Source: Wallemia ichthyophaga EXF-994
Lineage: Eukaryota; Fungi; Basidiomycota
Direction of reading: 5' to 3'
Length of the DNA: 32,000 nucleotides
NCBI RefSeq assembly: GCF_000400465.1
Contig: NW_008806278.1
Coordinates: 232,592-264,591 of the forward strand
Position 1 is the stretch's first letter, and every line of letters starts with the position of its first letter. Under the pieces are notes generated by a model. That model saw only the letters and a list, made by a program, of their open reading frames with translations, was not told the origin of the DNA and ran no database searches. The position numbers and the translations under genes were made by a program. Of the stretch, positions 9,768 to 20,990 are shown one piece after another.

Positions 9768-11078
9768 TCAAATTTTGAAAATATCCCGGATTTGATCAAT
9801 AGTGTCTTTAGGACCTGTGACTGAATGTCCTATGGTCGCCGGATGATTGTATATCTCATAATCATTCCCTCCCTATTCATCAATCAGCTTCGTCTGTGCG
9901 CAATCATCACACTCACTTCAAACGTCTGGGCCTCATCAGATTATTTCATCATCGGAGTGGAACTCACCTTGTCACCAAAAAAGTGTATATTCTTGAAATT
10001 ATCTGCTTCTATATGCCTCAGTGCGTATGTCTTATCCCACCCTAGTCACATGTGAGCAATATCCGGGAGATAAGGTTATCGTACCCAGGGGGAACTAGAT
10101 AAATCAGAAACATCGGAGAAATAACAGTTTCACTTACGACGTCAAAGCTTATTTGGCCACCAATTGAAAAAACCAATCCGCAGTCAGAAAATTCTTCCTT
10201 TAGCTTCTCAACGAAACTACTTCTGATGCCGAATTTCTGGGTCGCGTGAGATGTGAATTGAAAGAGTACGATGAGGTATTGACACACCTTATCGTAATCT
10301 TCGAATATATTTCTTTCTTCGATGCTAATTTTTAATATATCAGTTGGCATCCTCCGACATAACACGTTCTGCATACCTCGCGTTACGGCCAATCGGGCTA
10401 ATATTGACCATTCCAGTGCGATATTCGATAAATGTACCACTTTGATGTGTTAAAGGGGAGCATTTGTTTAAAACCATTTGTCTCACCGTTTAATAGGTAA
10501 ATCAATATCTGCGATATAATGCAGGCAAAAGTTGACAAGCTTCTTGTACCTATCCTCACCAAGGAAATTAATAAAGCTTTGGGTCTCTATAGGCAATCCT
10601 AATCTAAACGCAGTCAAGCCATTCTCTGCGAAAGCGTAATCGAATGAATTGAGGACTGTGTGTGCTTAGAAAGGAGTACTACGCGTGTAAACAACGCACT
10701 GAGATCCAAAGAGCCTCCAAGCTGATTTGTGATTTTAACTAGGTTTGATCTGTCATAATTAGAGAGATATAGCGGATGAAGAGTACACACCCTCCCACTA
10801 AGGCAGGTGAGGGTGATTTAGACGCGTGATAATACAACTCACAAAACCCAATAACGCATTTCTCCCTGAGCTTTGTAAGGATCTGCACCATTTCAATTTC
10901 AACATTCTGCGTGCAATCTCAGCGCTTATCTCAAAAGGTGGTATCACCCACCCGCATAGCAGGCGTGAGAGTATTATCCACCTGAAATTAATTTAATAAA
11001 AATACTCTTCATTTACGGCAAACGCACATCGAATAAACAAATTGTATCACTCAGCTCCCTCTCAGTGAATTCAGCCAT
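9768..11078 (-). CDS. SEC53: Phosphomannomutase (eukaryotic HAD-IIB PMM), 13 exons
   Basis: Spliced: [17 protein letters not shown]|[10 protein letters not shown]|...IGF|VG|[11 protein letters not shown]...FAENGLTAF...KR|[20 protein letters not shown]|[13 protein letters not shown]|...[10 protein letters not shown]|FPL|GWDKTYAL...HFFGDK|TFE|GGNDYEIY...IFKI*. All PMM signature motifs are recovered across 12 GT-AG introns. Confidence 0.95.
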
Positions 11079-11173
11079 CGTGATCGCGATTCGCAACCAA
11101 CTGACGTATCTTTAACTTGGACAACAACGCGGTTGATTTCAATTTTTATTCTTTTATCCCATTAGCTGCAAGG

Positions 11174-13658
11174 ATGTCCAATCCTCCGCTAGCAACAACC
11201 TCCACTTCCCGACCAGTCGATTACCCCCACAGAGCTGAATTCCACCTCGACGACTCTGAAATCAATCAGCATCAGCGATCCTCATCCAAGCTTGTTGGTA
11301 GCCCTTTACTCTACGCCATTACATGCTTTGCATCCCTTGGTGTTTTCTTGGTATGTCACTATATAAGCATTTTCACACTAACACTCTTTACAGTTCGGAT
11401 ACGTGAGTTTGCGTCTGTTTATTTGCCACAGTAACACTCACAGCCCACAGGATCAAGGGTTTGTGTCTTTTTACTTGATTAATCCGCCTGACACGATATA
11501 GTGTTATGAGTGGTATCATCACTGGCCCATACTTCAAGTATGTCTAACAAATTTGCACTCAAAACTCCAATAACCCACTAGGTCTTACTTTGGCAACCCA
11601 ACTGCTACTCAATTGGGCACTATGGTCGCTATTCTTGTGAGTACTTGAGTCTCTCAATCCACCCATTCTCACGTCGTACAGGAAGTTGGTGCTTTCAGTG
11701 AGCGCATTTATTGCTTCTGCAATTCAATCTGACATTCCCAGTCACTTCACTCCTCGCAGGCACCATCGCTGACAAAATTGGCCGCAAACGCACTCTTTTC
11801 TGGGGTGCAGCTGTCTTTGTGATTGGTGGTGGCATCCAAAGTGGCAGCACTAGCTTCATGGCTATGGTCCTTGGTCGCATCATATCCGGCTTTGGTGTTG
11901 GCTTGCTATCCATGATCGTACCTATTGTGAGTTAGGTACAAGACATAGCTGTTTCAAACGTTAACATAGTAAAGTATCAAAGGTAGATCGATTAAAATTG
12001 CAAGATATATTTACTGACTACGCCCCAACTAGCGAAATTTCACCAGGTATATCTCTCCCTGCCACACTAACCCACACTCCGCTAACCCACACTCAGCTGA
12101 CCATAGAGGTAAATTAGCCTGTATCGAATTCACAGGCAATATTACAGGATATGCTTGCTCAGTTGTATGTCAACCGGATCACACTGCGTCAAACACATCT
12201 CACCAAACACAGTGGCTTGACTATTTCACCTCCTTCATCAAATCTGACGCTTCTTGGCGTCTACCCCTCCTTTTTCAATGTATCATAGGTGGTATCCTGG
12301 CATTAGGCTCTCTCATTATCCCAGAGAGCCCAAGATGGCTGCTTGACCAAAAGCAGGATGATGAGGGCTTCAGAGTGCTTGTTGACATCCACGGTGGCTA
12401 CTACAACAACGTAAAGGCTGATCGGGAGTATCGTGAAATAAGGGATGCTGTTGAGCAAGACAGTATGGAACCCGACAGATCATACACGTGTTTATTCAAA
12501 AAGTACAAAGCAAGAGTTTTCATCGCAATGAGTAGTCAGCTTTTTGCACAGCTGGTGAGATTACTCTCAAGTACATCCAATCTTTCTAAATCTACCTAAG
12601 AATGGGATTAACGTCATTTCGTACTACATGCCTCTAGTCATGATAAGTGCTGGATGGGTTGGCAGAGATGCCCTATTGATGACTGGTATCAACTCACTGG
12701 TGTAATTAGCGTATGTTATTGCAAATTCTCTGATCTGATCAGCTACAGATACATCGCATCAACGATTCCACCATGGTATTTGGTAGACAAATTGGGTCGT
12801 CGCTTCATTCTATTAAGCGGTGCAACTGTTGTAAGTGAGAATCACTCTATACCTAGCCTTTGACCTCTAGTAGATGTGTTTTTCTTTGACTCTCACCGGG
12901 TGGTGGATCTACATTGACGTCGTGAGTGAAATATGCAAAGTAAAGCTAAGTTTTAATAATTGAAAGCCAATCACCCCTACTGCAGTCGTTATCTGCGTCA
13001 TTGTGTTCAATGCAGCCTTCGGTTACTCATGGGGACCAATCCCCTGTTCGTCTTTTATATTCTTCTTGCTCTCCTGCTGACGAAAGCAGGGTTATACCCA
13101 CCAGAGATAATGCCACTCTCTTTCAGAGCTAAGGGAGTCTCACTATCTACAGCATCAAACTGGGCGGCAAATTTTTTGGTCGGAGAGCTCACTCCGATAC
13201 TTCAAGATGTCATTCAGTGGAGGCTCTATCCAATGCACGCACTATTCTGTGCATGTAGTTTCGTATTGGTTTATTTCCTCTACCCTGAAACAGCCAACAT
13301 TCCTCTTGAGGAGTGAGTTGCGATACTACCCTCCGAAATGAAAGCTAACAATTTATTCAGGATGTCTGATGTCTTTGGTGACTCAGATCCTTCTCCGGAA
13401 GAAGTCGAGCAGCTTTCTCTGAGAAAGCAAACGAGATCATTACGCCAATCCTCTGTAAATTTGCCTTCTTTAGCAAACTTCAACGAATATGATCAGAGGC
13501 AACGTCAATCAGAGACCAACTTGCGCCAACAATTTAGTCAAAACATTTTCCTAAACTCAGTCAACAATATCAAAAAATGGATTAACAAAGGCAAACCTGC
13601 ATCTAGGAACGTTGAAGGATCAGATTCTTACGAAAGACTTGGTCAATCTGATATTTAG
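11174..13658 (+). CDS. MFS sugar porter family monosaccharide transporter (many short exons)
   Basis: Motifs FL|FGY|DQG|VMSGII, DKIGRKRTL, GRIISGFGVG, VPI|YQS|EISP|ADHRGKL, PESPRWL, QL|NGINVISYY, VDKLGRR, FGYSWGPIP|WLYPPEI, PETANIPLEE. Stop TAG 13656-13658. Confidence 0.93.
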
Positions 13659-13767
13659 CTTTGAGTGTAACAGTAAACCTACAGCACAGTTTTATTTTTT
13701 CTCATTTACTTAACGAATTGTCACAAATAAATACTCATTGTTGAACAGTTGATAATACAATGATTTC

Positions 13768-15372
13768 TTAATCAGCAAATGTTGTTGGGGGAGAAAGATC
13801 CAGCCAACGAATCTTCTGACAGTGAGGCCAATCATAAGTGTCATCTTCTTCTGAAGATGTTAATATGACAGCATCTTCTGTCGCCTGTAAAGCTGATGGT
13901 GGATCATCTGAGTGCGCATGGGATATGTGAATGACTGATGGTACATCTTCGTGGAGTGGTAGTATAGATAGACGTCCACCCAACACAAAAATCATTCGTG
14001 AGTGTTCGAAGCACATTGGTGAAGGTTCGTCGTCAGTAGTCGATGGTAGCTGAATCAACATTCTACTGTCTGTACCATTTAAAGTTTGCGCGTAGTCATT
14101 CACTATCATAATACGACTTGAAGAATATGCAACCAGCTTATTCGCATCAACATGAACAGCATCCCAGTTTAGATTTTGATTGAGTGCATCAAATATATCA
14201 ATTTCTTCATTTTCATCGTGCATCTCGAGTGCTCTATTAACACCATTAAAATCATCTCTGATTGGGATACCGTCGCGCAAAGCCTCGTCTTCGTCAATTG
14301 AGAGCATATTGTAATTCCTACTGTAGTCCACAGTATTGGTTTCATTATCATTATTACCAATGTCATTTGATAGTTGTGGGTTGAGAATAGCAACATTTTG
14401 GAAAGAAAGCCCGAATCCCTCGATAACATCTTCACTTGACAGTTGAGCAATATCTTCCTTATCGAGAAAGTACGTTGAATTAATAATACTTTCTGAAGTT
14501 ATTTTCGCGACTAAGGAGCCATCAAGCTTGGAATATATTTCAATTGTGCTACCTCTGCAGATGAGGATCTCATTCGCAGTTTGCTCGATATAGCCGATCA
14601 TGCGCATGCTTGGTATAGAGGGGATAGTGTTGATTACTCTTGTTAACTCACCAGTCTTGGGATCAATTAAACCTATGTGTGAGCCGTTGGCTGCTGCGAC
14701 ACTCAATACACCATATTTCATCCTAGAGGCGCGTGTTGTGAAAGGGACATTAACCTGAGTCACATGGTCTAGCTTGACAGCTCCAGCAACCTTGGATACC
14801 TTCCATATATCTAGCCTAGAGCCATGAGTACTTGCATAGCCTTCACTGTCGTTCTCTTTATAGTATTCGAGATGTGCAAATGGTGAGACAGTGCGATTGA
14901 AATCAAGTAGGGTATGAGGGTCTTGTGCAGACTTGACGAGCAATCCACCCAAGGTCGAGGTGTAAATGAAGAGCTTAAGTTTAGTGTCCACCTTTACTCG
15001 CCAAACGCTGCAGTCTTCACGATCCAAGTGATGGATAGTGCCAAGGGGTTCTAAACACCGAGAAGGCCATAGATTATTCTGCAGCACTGTAAATAGACAG
15101 TATTGTTTCCAATCGCTGATACTATTTATCGATAGGCTGAGAAAGTCACGCTTGCGTATCTCTGTGTTGAGCTGGTTCAGTTGTGTATGGAGACCAGCAA
15201 AGCCGAGCTCAATGCATTTAGAGTGGTAAATAATTTCTTGGTGCTTGCGCACAAGTTGGTGGAGTGCCTTGCAAGTGAGTGACAAATGGAAAATACCGTC
15301 AACGGGGAGGGAAGTGGCTATATCAATCAGAAGCTCATTAGGCAGCTTATTCAAAATCAAATTCTTTTTCAT
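13768..15372 (-). CDS. F-box protein with divergent, probably beta-propeller C-terminal region (534 aa, intronless)
   Basis: Single 534-aa ORF. N-terminal F-box LNKLPNELLIDIATSLPVDGIFHLSLTCKALHQLV. The C-terminal part has short beta-strand-like segments; the propeller is an inference. Confidence 0.75.
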   Translation of the reverse strand: MKKNLILNKLPNELLIDIATSLPVDGIFHLSLTCKALHQLVRKHQEIIYHSKCIELGFAGLHTQLNQLNTEIRKRDFLSLSINSISDWKQYCLFTVLQNNLWPSRCLEPLGTIHHLDREDCSVWRVKVDTKLKLFIYTSTLGGLLVKSAQDPHTLLDFNRTVSPFAHLEYYKENDSEGYASTHGSRLDIWKVSKVAGAVKLDHVTQVNVPFTTRASRMKYGVLSVAAANGSHIGLIDPKTGELTRVINTIPSIPSMRMIGYIEQTANEILICRGSTIEIYSKLDGSLVAKITSESIINSTYFLDKEDIAQLSSEDVIEGFGLSFQNVAILNPQLSNDIGNNDNETNTVDYSRNYNMLSIDEDEALRDGIPIRDDFNGVNRALEMHDENEEIDIFDALNQNLNWDAVHVDANKLVAYSSSRIMIVNDYAQTLNGTDSRMLIQLPSTTDDEPSPMCFEHSRMIFVLGGRLSILPLHEDVPSVIHISHAHSDDPPSALQATEDAVILTSSEEDDTYDWPHCQKIRWLDLSPPTTFAD

Positions 15373-15415
15373 ATCCTTGATTCAAGTGTACGTTGAAAGT
15401 CACCACCAAGTTGGA

Positions 15416-17413
15416 ATGTCGATAAAGTTAGTTTTATATGGACTGATTACGATAGCATCTACGGCTGGAATAATAAGCTCGGCATTTAGAAATTATTCAA
15501 ACGTTTACGCTGTCGTCGTCTACTTGAGCAATAGCAACGGTGCATCACTTGTGGGTGTGTTTAGGCGTGTACAGCGCATAGCTCAAACTTTTGCAAGATT
15601 CTCGGTAACTTTTTGCTATTTACTGCGCTGTGTATTGGAAAGGCTATTCAGAAACTTCTTTTCGGTGAACTGCGAACGCTGGAGATCGAAGTGGGTTGAT
15701 CACGCGCTAGCCATCAACTCTCACAACCGACGGCAGCACCTGTATGAGAAATCCTGGTATGGATTCACGGAGATGATACTCGCAATGACTATGTTCCGCG
15801 ATGAATTCGATGTCGGTGGTGCCTCTTTCCTGCGCACGCACACACTCACTTATCACAAACAGCTCTTTTACGGCCTCATGTTTGGTTTCCTGTTTTTCGT
15901 AAAGGTCTTCCACTGGCTCACGCACGATAGAATTGAATATGTATGTCGATGTGCTGGCCTTAGGCCATACGCTAAACGCCCGCAGATGGTCCAATACCAG
16001 ATCGCCTCTAGACTCTTCATAGCTAGGATGTCCGCAGTTCTCATTGGTCTTTTTATCGCAGACATGGCACTCTTATCTATCTCGGTATTAGATATCTATA
16101 TCAATGGCGTCACAATGATTATTCTCTTTGCGTCTGAGGTACGTAAACTATACATTATTAATTCAGTTGCTGACTAGGTCAGTACGCTATACTAGTGGCT
16201 GACGTCATTTCTTATTCAATCGTTTTCGCCGTCAATCTCATTGACCTTCGTTCCGAGCAAGCTTGGGAGGATAAGTCGCTCTATCTTCTTTACATTGACA
16301 TTTTCACAGAGTTTTTGAAGCTCTGTATTTATACCCCCTTCTTCTTTGTCGTCGTCGCATCATTCGGATTCCCGCTCAATCTGATTCGAGACCTTTTCCT
16401 CACAGCACGTGTATTCGCAATGAAGATCAAAGATCTCCAGCGTTACAAGACTGCGTCCCAGAATATGGATAGACTTTATAAAGCCGCGACGGTTGCCGAG
16501 TTAGATGCTTTGTCTGACAAGCTCTGTATCATTTGCAGGGATGATCTAGTGCATGCATCCCAGCATCCTGGTCCTTGGCCGAGCGGCTTGGATGAAACAC
16601 CTAAGAAGTTACCTTGCGCGCATATATTCCACAGACATTGTTTGAAGAGTTGGCTTGAGCGTCAGCAAACGTGTCCAACCTGGTATGTTGCTCGACGTTG
16701 GAATATCACACAACTCATATTTTTATAGCCGTACTTCTGTCATTCCAAATCCACAAAGTGGGTTCAACAATCGTCCTAGAAACAATCCAGTTGGTAATGA
16801 CCCACCTCGACCTGACCCAAGACGCGATAATAACCGACATGACGCTGTTAGAACCCAGACAGAAGCTCAAACCAACGATGAAGCTCAAGGTTCTACAAAT
16901 GAGGCGCCAGCATCACAAAACACTGCAAACCAAAACAGACAACCGTCTAGTCCATCAACAAGACCTTCAAGACCCTTCAGTACGACCACACCTTCGGAGG
17001 GAATGCAACAGCAGCACCCTATGTCCCAGATTCTAAACATACCTGACGTGACACTCCCCATCATTAGGCCGGAGAGCAGAACTGTACCGTCTACGTATTG
17101 GCGTGATGCGTACAAGAACGCAAGAAATTCAGCATCCTCTCATATACCATCAATAGGAACGAGTGGGGAATCAAACAAGGCTCCGACTGCAGAGAATATT
17201 CCTTTACCGCCATCGCCAACAACATCGTCACAGGAGAATCTCAATATCGACGCGAGATTATCGTCAATACTTGACGCCCAATCGAGTATGAACAAAGCCA
17301 TAGAAGACTTGGTTGATATAGTCAAAGACACGAACAAACGTGAGAGAAGATGTTCAGACGGAGATAAAACAAGTCAACAAGACGCTGATTCGAAGCGTGC
17401 GCGAATAAGCTAA
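15416..17413 (+). CDS. HRD1: ERAD E3 ubiquitin ligase Hrd1/synoviolin
   Basis: ATG 15416 MSIKLVLYGLITIASTAGIISSAF. TM region with LFFGELRTLEIE, LYEKSWYGFTE, FRDEF, KVFHWL.DRIE. RING-H2 CIICRDD...[28 protein letters not shown]. Disordered C-tail; stop 17411-17413. Confidence 0.95.
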
Positions 17414-17468
17414 GCTGTATCTACTTTCTTCATCTAGTGTTGTACAATTAAATGAAACATTTCTAGTG

Positions 17469-18030
17469 CTACTGTTGATTCTTCATTTCCTTGATAAGTT
17501 TAGATGCGTCACCGCCAGATGCGCGTCCGGCTGCTTTAGCAGTAAATTCCTTAATCACTTGGCCCATAGATCTGCCATCCAGCTCAGCAATATTCAACTT
17601 TGCTTCATTCAAGACGGTATTGATCAGACTTTTCATTTCATCTTGACTAAATGGCTTTGGAATGTACCTCTCCAAAACAGAGATATCAAAGTTCTCCTTG
17701 TCAGCCAAGTCTTGACGCTGTGCTTGCGCATACTGTACCGCGGAATCTTTCTGTATTGCGATCAGAGGGTGCAATACAAGCACTCGATCAACTCACACGC
17801 CTAGCAATCGCCTTCTGGACAAGCTTGAGAGTTTTGCTCTCGTCCACGTCTGCGCTTTCCTTCTCCGAGTATGATATTTCACTCAATAACGATCTAATAA
17901 CGGTTGAAGTACTGGCGTCCTTGGATTTCATAGATTGCTTCAGTCCATCTCTCAGGCTATCTTTTATGCTCATGGCTCTTCGAACGCTGGTGTGTATTCC
18001 ACGCTGAGCTATCAGTGAAAGCAACATCAT
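17469..18030 (-). CDS. AIM41: GatB/Yqey-domain mitochondrial protein (Aim41-like), 2 exons
   Basis: Presequence-like MMLLSLIAQRGIHTSVRRA, then SIKDSLRDGLKQSMKSKD...VIRSLLSEI...KAIARR|KDSAVQYAQAQRQDLADKE...LERYIP...MGQVIK, a typical Yqey pattern. Confidence 0.85.
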
Positions 18031-18065
18031 CCTCTTGGTTGTCGACAGTCTAGAAGTTAGGGGAA

Positions 18066-20650
18066 ATGAGCGTAAATGCAGAAATTCTAGGTTCAGCTGA
18101 GATTATTATAAGCGTGAGGGGTGTTTAAGGCTTTGAAGTCGCTAAATATCCTCAGCAGCATCACAATCAGTCGTCGGCAGATCATCTCGAAAGATTTCAG
18201 GGATTGCTGAGGGATGATCTGAATGGATTAGTTAATTTGAGTGCTCAGGATCATTCTAGACTCTTGAAAGCTATAAATTCGCTCCTTTCGAACAATGTAC
18301 AGGTGAGATACCCGTTACGCGCTCTATGACACATACTAAGATAGCGTAGGGAGACGAGGAGCTCTTGGATATTTGCTTGAGCTTTGGAAGCCCCGGAAAT
18401 AAATTCAGCACCCGCAAGAAAGCCTTAAAGGTGCTCATTCAGCTGTACTCTAAGAAGCCAAAGAAGGAGATAAGCGCGAGGACAGCCCAGATCATAGAAT
18501 GTTTAGTCGACATACCTAAACACGCACCCAGTCTTCTAAGCTTGGCTTTGCATTCACTTCTAGTCGCAATCACGAAGCTTACACTCACTCCTCAACATGT
18601 GCAATCCTTTGTTGAGTTGTTTTTGTCCAACGTCCTTTCGCTGTTACAGAAGGAGGATATTTGCGTAAGGAGATGCCCGTCAATATCTTCTATTCGGTCG
18701 GTTGCGTCAGATAAGAGCGCTGAGATTAGTCATAACTGGCGATCGAAAGACGATCATGCTTCTGATATTGAGGATTTTGACTACAACGATAGATCTTCAA
18801 GGTACGTTTGTTTAGATCAATAATGCCTTATTGACAAAAAGCAGAGATGAAACATCTGATGTCATATTACAAGCCACAATGTGCATTTCACAACTCGCAA
18901 AAGTTAGTCCTTCAATCCAACCCAGCGCTACCTAACATTCCAACGTAGACACACATTAAATTCGTTTTCAATCACATCTTCAAGTTATTTCCAGATACGG
19001 CGCCGCATCTGGCATCACCGTTGACTTTGTGGGATATACTGCAAAGCGATAAGGTCAATAATATCGCCAAAGCGGCGACGATTCATTGCATGGAAGATAT
19101 ACTGCGTTTATCACGTCCATTCTTAATTCAGTCAGCCGATATGAATCAGAAGTCTATGAGCTATACCTCAATGTCTTACAGATTGGGTTTTTTACTTTTG
19201 GAGTCACACAACCGTGCTGCTGATTGTCTTCATGATGAAACAGACGCTGATATACAGTTGGGACTTCTCGACCTTGCTGATTGTTTGCTGAACGTAACAC
19301 CCTACGCTAAGATGACGAGCGAGACACCCAAAAGCCTCTGTAATCAAGTTAAAACAGTGGTGCTCAGCCTATACGACTTAGAAGAGAGCAACAAGACAGC
19401 AGTTTTGCGCGTGTGTATGAGTATGATTGCCACGAATACTTTCAAAGAGGACTTGGACAGCCTAAGAGAAATGAGTTCGTATTTACTCCGCCAAATTTAT
19501 GACAACGTCCTTTCATCCCAAATAAAATTCAAAACAGCCCAAGTTCTCGCTTCGATATGGATATCTTTACCGGATCCTGAACGCAAAGGAAACGTAAAAG
19601 CGCTGTTCAGCAAACTCTTCAACGAAGATAGTATTGAAGCAAAGAGCAGCTCGTTGTTGCTACTATCTCTACACCCCGACATTATTCTAGAGCAAGATGA
19701 ATCGGTGCTCGAGAAATCATATTTATTTAGCAGAGGGGATGTCGCATTTCAACGCAATTTTCTCGTGCTAATGGGTGCTCTATTTAGTGAACATTATCTC
19801 AGTGTAGGTGATGATGCTGGCACGATGCATTTGCTGATGTAGCTTAGTATAAGACATTGAACAGCATGGTTGATTGGGTGATAGAAAGTATCTCAGCGGA
19901 TAATGAGAGCATTAAGCTAGCAGGGCTGTCTGCGATTAGAAAGTCTTTTTTCAATGCTTGTGTGCGCAATGTAAGTAGTAACAGCCATTTCTATACTGCA
20001 AACTAATTTCATAGAACGATGTATATTCGCAAAGACTAGAAAAGGCGTGCGTGGTATGCCTCGGCGAAGCTTTACACGCTGTCAAACAAAATGCTGGGTT
20101 CGCATTAGCAGATTACATGGACGCATTACAACCGTACGTGTGATTAAGGCCACAGAAATTTTTAACCAGTCGCAGAGATGAAATGAATGAAGCACGATGG
20201 CAAAGATTATTCGATATAACCAGCCGAATGGACTTAAAAGATAGAGGCAAGGTAGGACTGATGTCAATGTGAGCATGCTCATCCTAACTACGCCTAGGTT
20301 CAAGTACACGTGTGTCGAGCTTACGGAAGTGTACTTGAAAAGAGTCAGGGATTGCAAGGAAAGAAAGTGAAACAAGCAGAGCAAATGCTATTGGTGCTAA
20401 AAGATGAGCTGAGACCTCACCTTAACTACAAGATCCAATGGAATGCAGCCACGGCCATCGGCAGGGCTTATACCAACAGACATGTGTATGAAATGTGCTC
20501 CAACATCTCAGAACAAGTCGTAAAAGGGCTTGTAGAGTGCGAGTCCAAGTCAAGAAACGTAAAGGTGTGTCGAGTGAGATTTGTGTAGGATTGACTGACA
20601 ATTGTTAGGTAAAAATGAGTTGTAATAATGCATTAAATAGATTCCTTTAG
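18066..20650 (+). CDS. HEAT/ARM-repeat protein, HEATR6/DUF4042-like
   Basis: Spliced from ATG 18066 (MSVNAEILGSAEIIIS|QHHNQ...) into in-frame ORF pieces at 18365, 19021 and 20310. Motifs ILRLSRPFL, NYKIQWNAATAIG and RNVK|VKMSCNNAL resemble HEATR6 (SKxFL, NxKVRWNAxxALG, NFKVRINAA). Last intron 20565-20608; stop TAG 20648-20650. Confidence 0.65.
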
Positions 20651-20953
20651 CTTGAGTTCATTTGGCGTCTTGCTTATCTGCCTCATGAGGGAGTGATAGT
20701 CCAAGTTGTCGGTCACCTCCAAGTCGAGCTTCTGGCCATTTTTGTACTCGAGGACCATCTGTGAGTTGACGTCTCTCTTTGTGATATTCACGTTAACTTG
20801 AGTGGAAGCCTACGTCGGTTAGCTTTTGGGTAGTGGTAGCACTATACTAACGCTAGGAGGGACTAAGGAGAGAACGTTTCTGCATAATTTTGAAGAGCTG
20901 TGGAAAGGATTGAACAACAATTTCAAATTGGTGACATAGCTGAATATCGACAT
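20633..20953 (-). CDS. MRPL44: Mitochondrial large-subunit ribosomal protein mL53 (MrpL44), 2 exons; absent from ORF track
   Basis: Spliced: MSIFSYVTNLKLLFNPFHSSSKLCRNVLSLVPPS|ASTQVNVNITKRDVNSQMVLEYKNGQKLDLEVTDNLDYHSLMRQISKTPNELKLKESI*. Intron 20851-20810. The FNPF...KxxRxxLxxxPP and YKxxxxxxxD pattern matches yeast MrpL44. Confidence 0.85.
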
Positions 20954-20990
20954 TGGTCTACTCGCAGCTAAGATTCAACAGAGCTTCTCA

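Noticed and set aside
10700-10985. PMM motif variants DVDNT (vs DVDGT), PAMR and GGSN (vs GGSD) as a sign of altered function
   Set aside because: DxDxT, the DK lysine, GDK/GGND and the cap-domain Arg/Asn residues are intact. I recall similar substitutions in other fungal PMMs and cannot show they are unusual without an alignment.
15245-15415. Extended N-terminus of the HRD1 ORF overlapping the F-box gene
   Set aside because: ORF-caller artefact from a non-ATG start; Hrd1 similarity begins at ATG 15416.
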